Source: Eubacteriales bacterium (lineage in GTDB: Bacteria > Bacillota > Clostridia > Oscillospirales > CAG-272). Taken from it: 64,000 bases of DNA. Made by a program: the position numbers and the translations under genes. Below the pieces are notes generated by a model that searched no databases, was not told the DNA's origin, and saw only the letters and a program-made list of their open reading frames with translations. Of this stretch, positions 30,679 through 38,835 are shown piece by piece (the first letter of the stretch is position 1; every line of letters starts with the position of its first letter). The stretch lies in the NCBI GenBank assembly GCA_050309735.1, contig JBNRMS010000017.1, positions 8,432 through 72,431 of the forward strand, written 5' to 3'.

Positions 30679-32217
30679 TCAGGCGCCCTCGCCGTCAAGT
30701 TCGGATATCGGGCGGTTGTAGCAGGCGAAGGCATCGTCTATGAATTTTTTATCAGGCGCTTTTGTAAACAGGCTTACCAGCGGCACTATTATAAAGCCCG
30801 AGAGCATAGCAAATGCGCCGCAGTTTATGGGCGACTGAAGTATTTCGGGGAAGCTTGATTTAAAAAGCATATTTGCAATCATCAGTGTTACGCTGAAGCC
30901 AAAACAGACAAAGGCCGCCGCCTTTGTGCTGCGCTTCCAGTAAAGGCTGAAAAGATAGGGCGCGAGGAAGGAACCGGCAAGGGCGCCCCATGAGATTCCC
31001 ATGAGCTGGGCGATATGTGCGAAATTGAATTTATACTGGAGAATGGCGATAGTTGCCGAGATAATTATGAAAAATGCGATAAGAACGCGAATATAGAGCA
31101 TTTGCTGCTTTTCCTTCATGTTCTTGATGATGTTTCCCTTAATGAGGTCAAGTGTCAGTGTCGAGCTTGAGGTCATCACGAGCGCCGAGAGGGTTGAAAT
31201 TGAGGCAGACAGCACAAGAATAACCACAAGACCAATGAGAATAGGGCCGAGATTTTCAAGCATGGTGGGGATTATTATATCGTATCCTCCCGAGGAAATG
31301 TCGATATCAAATATCCGGCCGAAGGCGCCGAGAAAATAGCAGCCGCCGGCGATTATAATTGCAAAGAGGGTTGAAATAAGCGTGCCGTTTCTAATCGCGG
31401 CCTCGTCCTTAACGGCATAAAATCTGCCTATCATCTGAGGCATTCCCCATGTTCCGAGCGATGTAAGGACTATAACTCCGAGCAGCGAGAGCGGGTCTGC
31501 CCCGAAAAAGGAGGCGAATCCGCCGGGGTTAACCCCCTCTGCGCTGACATTTGAGAGCTTTGCGACAGCCTCGGTGAATCCTCCCTGCACATTCAGCAGC
31601 GCAAAGATAACCGCGACTATACCCGCGAGCATGATGATGCCCTGAATAAAGTCGTTAACCGCCGTGGCGACATATCCGCCCAGCACGACATAAACACAGG
31701 TCAGCGCCGACATCAGGACTATGCACCAGGCGTAGTCAATACCGAATGCCATTGTAAACAGGCGGGAGAGACCGTTGTAGAGCGAGGCGGTGTAGGGGAT
31801 GAGGAAAACAAAGACTATTAGCGAGGCGGCGATTTTAAGCGCGCGGCTCGAATAGCGTTTGCCAAAATAGTCGGGCATAGTTTTGGCGTCGAGCCGGTGT
31901 GTGATTATCCGGGTTCTGCGCCCGAGCACTATCCAGGGGAGCATCGAGCCGAGAAAAGCATTTCCAAGGCCTATCCAGGTTGAGGCGAGTCCGAATTTCC
32001 AGCCGAACTGTCCGGCGTATCCGACGAATATAACTGCTGAAAAATAAGATGTTCCGTAGGCGAAAGCGGTGAGCCAGGTTCCCACTGCGCGCCCGCCGAG
32101 CACAAAGCCCGACACATTTCCCGCGCGGGTGCGGCACCGTATGCCAACATAGATTGTGACCGCGAAAAAGAGGGCGAGCATGGCGACCTTGATTATCATA
32201 GCGGCTGTTTCTGACAT
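30679..32217 (-). CDS. Sodium:solute symporter (SSS) family transporter
   Basis: About 512-aa polytopic protein. N-terminal SSS pattern FVLGGRAVGTWLTAFAYGTSYFSAVIFVGYAGQFGW. Start set at MSETAAM, which has an AAGGAAGGA RBS. Confidence 0.8.
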   Translation of the reverse strand: MSETAAMIIKVAMLALFFAVTIYVGIRCRTRAGNVSGFVLGGRAVGTWLTAFAYGTSYFSAVIFVGYAGQFGWKFGLASTWIGLGNAFLGSMLPWIVLGRRTRIITHRLDAKTMPDYFGKRYSSRALKIAASLIVFVFLIPYTASLYNGLSRLFTMAFGIDYAWCIVLMSALTCVYVVLGGYVATAVNDFIQGIIMLAGIVAVIFALLNVQGGFTEAVAKLSNVSAEGVNPGGFASFFGADPLSLLGVIVLTSLGTWGMPQMIGRFYAVKDEAAIRNGTLISTLFAIIIAGGCYFLGAFGRIFDIDISSGGYDIIIPTMLENLGPILIGLVVILVLSASISTLSALVMTSSSTLTLDLIKGNIIKNMKEKQQMLYIRVLIAFFIIISATIAILQYKFNFAHIAQLMGISWGALAGSFLAPYLFSLYWKRSTKAAAFVCFGFSVTLMIANMLFKSSFPEILQSPINCGAFAMLSGFIIVPLVSLFTKAPDKKFIDDAFACYNRPISELDGEGA

Positions 32218-32294
32218 AAAATATTCCTTCCTTAAATAATTTCCGCGGGTATTCCCGCTGATTTTACGGGATAAAATCCCGATTCTCGGAGGAC

Positions 32295-32600
32295 ATAAAA
32301 AACGCCCTCCGTATCTAAATGATACAGAGGACGACAATTCGATTGCCGTGTTACCACCTCAGTTTATCGAAGCCTCGCGGCTCCGACCTCATCGGGTACG
32401 ATAATACCCCTCCGCGCTAACGGGCGGTCCCGTCGGAGCCTACTTGTGATTGAAGGGGGCTGACACGCACCCGTCGCAAACTTTCGGTCCGCTCCTCGCG
32501 GAATGTATTCGCCCTGCCTTGCATTGCCGCCTTTCACCATCCGGCGGCTCTCTGAAATGCGCGGGCAGGCCTACTTATTTCCGGTCACTGCATTTATGGC
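32295..32600 (-). promoter_or_regulatory. T-box riboswitch leader, apparent Tyr (UAC) specifier
   Basis: Minus strand. Stem I with AGUA, AGAGAG bulge and GGUGAAAGG distal loop. Specifier loop GCGAA-UAC-A (codon = plus 32505-32507). T-box AAACUGAGGUGGUAACACGG (32365-32346). Terminator 32333-32295 competes with the antiterminator. Confidence 0.85.
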
Positions 32601-32603
32601 GAA

Positions 32604-32632
32604 ATTATAACATCATTTTTCGAGCTTGTCAA
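32604..32632 (-). promoter_or_regulatory. Consensus promoter of the T-box operon (TTGACA-17-TATAAT)
   Basis: Minus-strand TTGACA at 32632-32627 and TATAAT at 32609-32604. Confidence 0.65.
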
Positions 32633-32727
32633 CTGTAGGTTATAACCAAAGATGCCTCCCCTTTTTGTGAATTATGACGGAAATTCTTAAAATTATCGCT
32701 CCGGGGGACTTTGTTTTTGGCTGTCTA

Positions 32728-32756
32728 TTGAAAAAAGAAAGGCCTTTTGTTATAAT
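32728..32756 (+). promoter_or_regulatory. Candidate promoter (TTGAAA-17-TATAAT, TG-extended)
   Basis: TTGAAA at 32728-32733 and TGTTATAAT ending at 32756. A roughly 160-nt leader separates it from the 609-aa lipoprotein gene. Confidence 0.5.
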
Positions 32757-32916
32757 TATAACCAAATATCACATTTCTCAATATTGGGATGGGAAGCTTG
32801 GAAGGAATCAGGCTTTCTTTCAATTTAACAGGCAAATTAACAGGCTTTGTGTCTTGGCCGACAAGCTACGGCGCAAATCTTAGCTGCTTGGCTAAAAGAA
32901 AGGTATGGTTTTTTGA

Positions 32917-34746
32917 ATGAATAAGAAAAACACCGCAAATATCCTTGCCGCACTGCTTGCACTTTTGCTGCTCACCCTGCCTCTTTCGTCCTGCGCTGGG
33001 GATGGGGCAGACGGGCTCTCGGCCTATGAAATTGCTCTGAAGAAGGGAATGACAACGGCTCGATCCGAGGAGGAGTGGCTGGCAACCCTTCGGGGCGAGG
33101 CGGGAAAATCTGCCTATGAGCTTGCCGTGGGCGCCGGATTTGAGGGAACGCTTGAGGAGTGGCTCGCCTCGCTGCGCGGCGCCGATGGCAAGGACGGCGC
33201 CGACGGCAAGGACGGTGCGAGCGGGAAATCGGCATACGAGGTGGCTGTTGCTGCGGGCTATACCCGAACCGAGGCAGAGTGGGTGGCAGAGTTGCTCGGC
33301 TCGCGTACCGAGCCCGGCACCGGCACCGGTGTAGGCATCTCGACAGTTTACATAAACGCCGAGAAGCATCTCATAGTGCGCCTGACAAACAACACGATAA
33401 TCGATGCGGGATATGTCGGGGCGAACCCCGGCTCGTCGGGCGTCACCGGCGGGCAGACCGACCCTGCAATCGGAACTATTGACAGCGAGGGATACACTAT
33501 TGTCAACCAAACAGTGGCTGTTATTGCTGGAAATCTCAATCTGCGCTCCTCGCCCGATTCGTTGAGCAGCGCGAATATCCTTAAGGTTTTGAGCGAAGGC
33601 GATGAGCTTGTCCGAGTCGGCATAGGAACGGGAGACATCACATGGAGCAAGATAATGTATGAGGGAAAGGTCTGTTATGCGTCGACAAGATACCTTGAGG
33701 TTGTGTCGCGCACGGGAGATATTGATTTGACGGGGATTGAAATTCCTAAGGTCAATCTGATGGATTCGTATACGCTCATGGTCGGCGTAAAGACCTGCTT
33801 TGTGATCGACCAGTTCACCGTGGGCTTATCGTCGGATATGTATCCCTCTTTCACCTACAGCGGAACCGGCACAAAGCAAATGACCGCAGGCTCGCTTGCC
33901 ATAACTCCGACAGTTGCCGAGACGGCCGACCTCGTCTTTAATATACGCAAATATATTAACGGCAACCTGACGGTTATCTATTCAAAAAATGTCAAGCTTA
34001 TCTCAATAAGTCCCCAGAATCTGTCGCTCAGAGGACTTATTATCGGCGACAGCCGGATATCGGACGGAACTATTGTAGACACGCTCAAGTCAAGTATGTC
34101 CTCCTCGCTGACCCTTATCGGAACACTCAAAACCGGCTCGGGCAATGCCCACGAGGGGAGGGGGGCGTGGTCAGCTGCCAATTATGCGACCTATTCAAAG
34201 ACCTCAACCTCAAACAACCCCTTCTACAATCCCGCAAAAAGCAAATTTGATTTTGCCTATTATCTGACAAGCACATCGCAGCCGGCGCCCGATTTTGTTG
34301 TCTTTAATCTCGGCGCCAACGATAATTATAACTCGCTCTCGATAGTTTACTATCGGGATATGGTAGACTCAATTCTTGATTACAATAATTCGTCGGGCAA
34401 ATCTGTCAAAATTCTGATAATGACCGAATATCTCGCCCCGCTCGACGGCTATATTCTCTCGGCAGGGAACCCCGATATCGCACTGAAGCGCGAGCTGCAA
34501 TTTGAATATTTCAATATGCAGTTTGCCGCCTTCGGAGGGCGCGAGAGCGAGGGGATTTATCTTGTTCCCACCCATATCGCGGTAGACAACACGACCGACC
34601 GGATAACCTCGGATGCCATGGTTTCAACCCGGGCTGGCGTCTATGTTAAGGCGATAAGCGATATAATTCACCTCTCGGCCTCGGGTTATAAGAAGGAGGC
34701 AGATGTGCTTCGCGGATATATTAACTCAATATTTGCGGCAAATTAA
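32917..34746 (+). CDS. Mosaic lipoprotein: tail-fibre-like repeats + short collagen-like G-X-Y run + SH3b + SGNH/GDSL hydrolase
   Basis: Lipobox LSSC. Three G(K/L)SAYE.A...G....EEW...L.G repeats with GADGKDGADGKDGASGKS between them. An SH3b-like segment (LNLRSSP..ITWSKIMYEGKVCYAS). C-terminal SGNH blocks IIGDSRI, LGANDN and DIIHLS. Confidence 0.6.
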   Translation: MNKKNTANILAALLALLLLTLPLSSCAGDGADGLSAYEIALKKGMTTARSEEEWLATLRGEAGKSAYELAVGAGFEGTLEEWLASLRGADGKDGADGKDGASGKSAYEVAVAAGYTRTEAEWVAELLGSRTEPGTGTGVGISTVYINAEKHLIVRLTNNTIIDAGYVGANPGSSGVTGGQTDPAIGTIDSEGYTIVNQTVAVIAGNLNLRSSPDSLSSANILKVLSEGDELVRVGIGTGDITWSKIMYEGKVCYASTRYLEVVSRTGDIDLTGIEIPKVNLMDSYTLMVGVKTCFVIDQFTVGLSSDMYPSFTYSGTGTKQMTAGSLAITPTVAETADLVFNIRKYINGNLTVIYSKNVKLISISPQNLSLRGLIIGDSRISDGTIVDTLKSSMSSSLTLIGTLKTGSGNAHEGRGAWSAANYATYSKTSTSNNPFYNPAKSKFDFAYYLTSTSQPAPDFVVFNLGANDNYNSLSIVYYRDMVDSILDYNNSSGKSVKILIMTEYLAPLDGYILSAGNPDIALKRELQFEYFNMQFAAFGGRESEGIYLVPTHIAVDNTTDRITSDAMVSTRAGVYVKAISDIIHLSASGYKKEADVLRGYINSIFAAN

Positions 34747-34847
34747 CAGTGCGTTCACAGGCAGGGCAAAGACCGGCATTGACAAAAGACGCTTTTCGGG
34801 GTAAAATAAGCTCAAGCACACTCTTTTATGTTAAGGAAATTATTAAA

Positions 34848-35954
34848 ATGAAAAAAATCGCTCTATTTATAATTGCGGCTCTTCTCCTGGTGGCCACCCT
34901 CGCCTCGTGCGGCACCGACCGAGGTGAGGGCAAAGACGAAACCGACATATATGATTTGATTGACAGCATATCTCGCGCACTTGAGGACGGTTCTTATAAC
35001 ACCTCGCCCGGCATAATCACTCCCGAGCTTGAGTTTCGGGCATATGATTCCTATGCCGAGGTTATCGGCTGCAAAAACGCGATAGGAGAAGTCGAGATTC
35101 CGGGCGAATATGAGGGAAAACCCGTGACCAAAATCGCCGCCGAGGCCTTCGCCGATTCGCGCAGCATAACAATGATAAGACTGCCCGAGGGGCTTCTTGA
35201 AATTGGCGACAAAGCTTTCTTCGGCTGCGTGTCGATTGCCGAAATAATAATACCCGACACTGTTAAAAAAATCGGAGACTATGCCTTCTTCGGTTGCTTT
35301 GCTCTCGGTTCGGTCGAGCTTGGCGCCGGCGTTGAAACTATCGGCACCGAAGCTCTCGGATACTGCTTGTCGCTCTCGCAAATAAAGGTGGACGTGTCAA
35401 ATGCCGCTTATTCGGATATCGACGGCGTGCTTATGAGCGCCGACAAAACAGTGCTTGTTTCTTACCCGGCCGGGAAGCCCGGCGGAGAATACACCATACC
35501 CGACGGCGTTTTAACCGTCAATAATTTCGCCTTTGCCTATGCGCAGAATCTTGTGCATATAACAGTTGGCGACACGGTTAACTCGCTTGGCGACAACACC
35601 TTCCGCCAGTGCGCGGCGCTCGAGAGCGCAACCCTTGGGAGCGGACTTACCCATATCGGAGCCAACACCTTTGTGAGCTGCACATCACTTACAAAACTCA
35701 CCATATCCGAGGGCGCTGTGACAATAGGATATCTTGACGGCGAGGCCGAGCGCGGCGGCAGTTTCTCGGGCTGCGTGGCTCTTGCCGAGATAAATCTGCC
35801 CTCAACCATCACTGCAATCTATGCTCAAAGCTTTAGCGATTGCAAAGCTCTTAAAACAATAAATTTCGCCGGCAGCTCTTCTGATTGGAATGCGATAACC
35901 CGCGGCGCCGGAAACGACGCTCTGAGTTCGGCTTCGGTTAATTACGGAAAGTAA
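34848..35954 (+). CDS. BspA-type leucine-rich-repeat lipoprotein
   Basis: Lipobox LASC. Repeated I.IP..V..IG..AF..C..L..I units typical of the LRR_5/BspA family. Start moved to MKKIALF, which has an AAGGAA RBS. Confidence 0.75.
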   Translation: MKKIALFIIAALLLVATLASCGTDRGEGKDETDIYDLIDSISRALEDGSYNTSPGIITPELEFRAYDSYAEVIGCKNAIGEVEIPGEYEGKPVTKIAAEAFADSRSITMIRLPEGLLEIGDKAFFGCVSIAEIIIPDTVKKIGDYAFFGCFALGSVELGAGVETIGTEALGYCLSLSQIKVDVSNAAYSDIDGVLMSADKTVLVSYPAGKPGGEYTIPDGVLTVNNFAFAYAQNLVHITVGDTVNSLGDNTFRQCAALESATLGSGLTHIGANTFVSCTSLTKLTISEGAVTIGYLDGEAERGGSFSGCVALAEINLPSTITAIYAQSFSDCKALKTINFAGSSSDWNAITRGAGNDALSSASVNYGK

Positions 35955-35973
35955 GCCCGAGGGAGATGCTGAG

Positions 35974-36010
35974 GGCCGGGGGGAACTTTAAGGAAAAGTT
36001 CCCCCCGGCC
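35974..36010 (+). repeat. Short family-B hairpin (B5) acting as a likely terminator
   Basis: 15-bp perfect stem GGCCGGGGGGAACTT/AAGTTCCCCCCGGCC located 20 nt after the LRR gene stop. Confidence 0.7.
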
Positions 36011-36209
36011 CCTCGCTTTGTCGCTTTGTTTTTGTCTGTCTCTGTCCGGATTTGAGGCATGATGCAAAGCGACGGGCTTTTGGGAGTGCCTTAGATAAAA
36101 AACCGAGAACAAAACTGAGAATAAAACTGTTTGCCATCAATGAATGAAATACGCTTAAAGGATGAGAAAATAGCATATGACAGCAAAACAAGAACAAGTC
36201 CTATAATCC

Positions 36210-36238
36210 TTGACATTGCATATCAATATTGTTATAAT
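36210..36238 (+). promoter_or_regulatory. Consensus promoter (TTGACA-17-TATAAT, TG-extended)
   Basis: TTGACA at 36210-36215 and TATAAT at 36233-36238. About 45 nt upstream of the kinase-like gene. Confidence 0.6.
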
Positions 36239-36282
36239 ATATATCTATCATCAAAAAATCTGACACAAAAGGGAGGCCGTAT

Positions 36283-37032
36283 ATGCACATAACGATCACC
36301 GGAAAAACCGGCAGCGGAAAGACCACCATCAGCAAACTCATCCGCGACGAAATGGGCTATGAGCGCTATAGCACGGGCGAATATTTGCGTGAGATCGCTC
36401 AAAAGATGGGTGTCGATATGGTACAAATGAACCAGATAACAAAAGACGACCTCTCATATGACCGGCTTATAGACAGTGCCGTAGAGCGCATTTCAAAGGA
36501 GCGCGCCGGTGACAATATAATCTTCGATTCGCGCATGGCATGGCATTTCGCGGGTGACAGCTTCCGCATATTTATCACGATTGACCCCGATATCGCTGGG
36601 CGACGGGTTTTTGATGACCCGCGCGCTGAAGAGCCCTACAAAAGCCCCGAGGAAGCGACGCTCCAGCTAAAGCGTCGGAGCGAGGCCGAAAATATGCGCT
36701 TCCGCACGATATACGGTGTTGATAACTTCGATTACGCGAACTTTGATCTTATTATTGACTCAACCTATGCCGAGCTCCCGGACTATATCCCTATAATAAA
36801 AGATTCGCTCGCCGCCTATACGGCAGACCGCGAAAACTACCGGCGCCGCATATATATTTCTCCCAAGGCGCTCTACCCTGTTGAGCACTGCTGCACCGGC
36901 GGGGGCCGAGAAATCATAATAGTCCCCTATCGTGACAAGCACTATATTGTCTCTGGCCATGCTCGCGTTACAGAGGCGCTCCGAGCCGGCGAAAAATATG
37001 TCGTCGCCGATATTCCCGGGGAGAACATTTGA
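36283..37032 (+). CDS. Cytidylate-kinase-like P-loop protein fused to a compact ParB/Srx-like C-terminal domain
   Basis: N-terminal ITITGKTGSGKTTISKLI Walker A and a CMK-like-family layout (..FDSRMAWH..IDP..R..R..NFDLIIDST). The C-terminal 70 aa read I.ISPKALYPVE..IIIVPYRDKHYIVSGHARVTEALRAGEKYVVADI, which resembles the ParB box II (Y.I..G..R..A....G). Confidence 0.55.
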   Translation: MHITITGKTGSGKTTISKLIRDEMGYERYSTGEYLREIAQKMGVDMVQMNQITKDDLSYDRLIDSAVERISKERAGDNIIFDSRMAWHFAGDSFRIFITIDPDIAGRRVFDDPRAEEPYKSPEEATLQLKRRSEAENMRFRTIYGVDNFDYANFDLIIDSTYAELPDYIPIIKDSLAAYTADRENYRRRIYISPKALYPVEHCCTGGGREIIIVPYRDKHYIVSGHARVTEALRAGEKYVVADIPGENI

Positions 37033-37265
37033 AATAAAACAGTTTTTTCAAACAAAGCGCGATTGCCTGCAAGGCATGATTATTAAGTGAATAAAGAATT
37101 GCGGACATGGGTTCGCGCTTTCTTTGGGCAAAAAACACTTTGACGCGCTGAATTGTTACAACGCTATCTTGACAACCGTTTAAATTTGTAGTAAACTATA
37201 TTCAACTGTGCCGGGCTGCTGTCTGGGTGCAAATACATTTTTATTTAGAAGGTATGGTTATAGTT

Positions 37266-38072
37266 ATGAAACGTATTTTTTCTTTTGTTTTTGCTTGCAT
37301 TTTCCTCGCGGGCATTCTCGTCTCTTGCGCAGGTTCGGACTCTGACTACGGCGAGATAAAGAAGGCCGGAAAGCTGGTGATAGGCATCACCATTTATAAG
37401 CCCATGAATTATTATGAGAGCGACGGCAAAACTCTGACCGGTTTTGACACCGAATTCGCAAAGGCCGTTTGCGAGAAGCTTGAGATAGAGCCGGTTTTCC
37501 AGGTTATCGACTGGGATATGAAGGAGACCGAGCTTAAGGCGAGAAATATAGACGCTATCTGGAACGGTCTTACCGTTACCGAGGAGCGCCGCGAAAATAT
37601 GGACTTCACCAATACATATCTCTTCAACCGCCAGTGCGTCGTTATAAACAAGAAGGACGCCGATAAATTCGCCACATCGGCGGGTCTTGTTGGTGCGCTT
37701 GTGACTGCTGAGGGCGGTTCGGCCGGCGAGAGTGCGATTGAGGCAGACGAGAATCTCTCAAAGGCAAATTACACCGCTTCCTCCTCGCAGTCTGAAGCCC
37801 TTGTTGCTCTGAACGCCGGCAACTTTGACGCCGTTGTGCTCGACTATACGCTTGCCAGAGCCAGTGTCGGCAAGGGAGATTATACCGATCTTATGATAGT
37901 TGAGGAAATTGAGCTTGAGGACGAGGAGTACGCAATTGGCTTCCGCGTCGGCTCGGATATGACAGAGAAGGTCAACGCCATTATCGACGAGCTTATAGCC
38001 GACGGAACTCTTGCCGCCATTGCCGCCAAATACGATATGACAGAGCTTTACGAGGCGGCTGTTTCAAAATAA
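37266..38072 (+). CDS. Polar amino-acid ABC transporter substrate-binding lipoprotein
   Basis: Lipobox LVSC. SBP_bac_3 pattern (KLVIGI...P..Y....G...GFD.E.AK.V...L....F..IDW......L....ID.IWNG.T.T.ER). Confidence 0.85.
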   Translation: MKRIFSFVFACIFLAGILVSCAGSDSDYGEIKKAGKLVIGITIYKPMNYYESDGKTLTGFDTEFAKAVCEKLEIEPVFQVIDWDMKETELKARNIDAIWNGLTVTEERRENMDFTNTYLFNRQCVVINKKDADKFATSAGLVGALVTAEGGSAGESAIEADENLSKANYTASSSQSEALVALNAGNFDAVVLDYTLARASVGKGDYTDLMIVEEIELEDEEYAIGFRVGSDMTEKVNAIIDELIADGTLAAIAAKYDMTELYEAAVSK

Positions 38073-38134
38073 GGCGCAGGGTGCGCTCTTGCATAATCTA
38101 AAAAGAAAAATAAACGCAAAGTTGATGTTATAAA

Positions 38135-38815
38135 ATGAGTTTTTGGGAAATTACCCTTTTTCTGCTTGAGGGATTCGGCACCACGCTGCTGCTCTTCGCG
38201 CTGACGCTGGTTATGTCGCTCCCCCTCGGCCTTGTTTTCACCTTCGGTGCGATGTGTCGCTTCAAGCCACTGCGCTGGCTGACGCGGGGGTTTGTCTACA
38301 TAATCCGCGGAACTCCGCTTCTTCTTCAGCTTATGATAGTGGTTTATCTTCCCGGCCTTGCCCTCGGTCACCCGCTTACGCGCTGGCCGATTTTTGGCGG
38401 GAATGTGGCCCTGGCATATTTCACAGGGGTGCTTTTCGGTTTCGTTATAAATTACGCCTGCTACTTCTCAGAGATATACCGCGGCGGCATCGAAAATATT
38501 CCGCGCGGACAGTTTGAGGCGGGGCAGGTTCTGGGGATGACCAAATCTCAAATTTTCTTCCGCGTGGTTCTCCTGCAGGTGATAAAAAACATTCTCACCC
38601 CCATCTCGAATGAGACAATCACCCTTGTCAAAGACACTGCGCTCGCGCGCACACTGTCGGTTGTCGAGATTCTCTTTTGCGCCGAACAGGTGCTTGTCGC
38701 CGAATTTATCATCTGGCCGCTTTTCTATACAGGTCTCTTCTATCTCGCCTTCAACACTCTGCTGACCATTTTTTTCAACTATTTTGAGAAGAAGCTCAGC
38801 GTTTTCCGTGCATAA
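38135..38815 (+). CDS. Amino-acid ABC transporter permease (His/Glu/Gln/Arg family)
   Basis: 226 aa. Contains the EAA-loop region EAGQVLGMTKSQIFFRVVLLQ. Confidence 0.85.
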   Translation: MSFWEITLFLLEGFGTTLLLFALTLVMSLPLGLVFTFGAMCRFKPLRWLTRGFVYIIRGTPLLLQLMIVVYLPGLALGHPLTRWPIFGGNVALAYFTGVLFGFVINYACYFSEIYRGGIENIPRGQFEAGQVLGMTKSQIFFRVVLLQVIKNILTPISNETITLVKDTALARTLSVVEILFCAEQVLVAEFIIWPLFYTGLFYLAFNTLLTIFFNYFEKKLSVFRA

Positions 38816-38835
38816 GGCCAAGGGAGGTGAGAGTA

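Noticed and set aside
30651-30734. N-terminal extensions of the ligase ORF (28 codons) and of the symporter ORF (32218-32337, 40 codons)
   Set aside because: The extensions lack an RBS. The ligase extension overlaps the 3' end of the symporter gene, and the symporter extension runs through the T-box terminator. Internal ATGs with strong RBS give proteins of normal length.
32986-33306. Collagen-like and tail-fibre-like repeats as evidence of a prophage
   Set aside because: No capsid, terminase, integrase or other phage genes occur nearby. The repeats are part of a lipoprotein with a lipobox.
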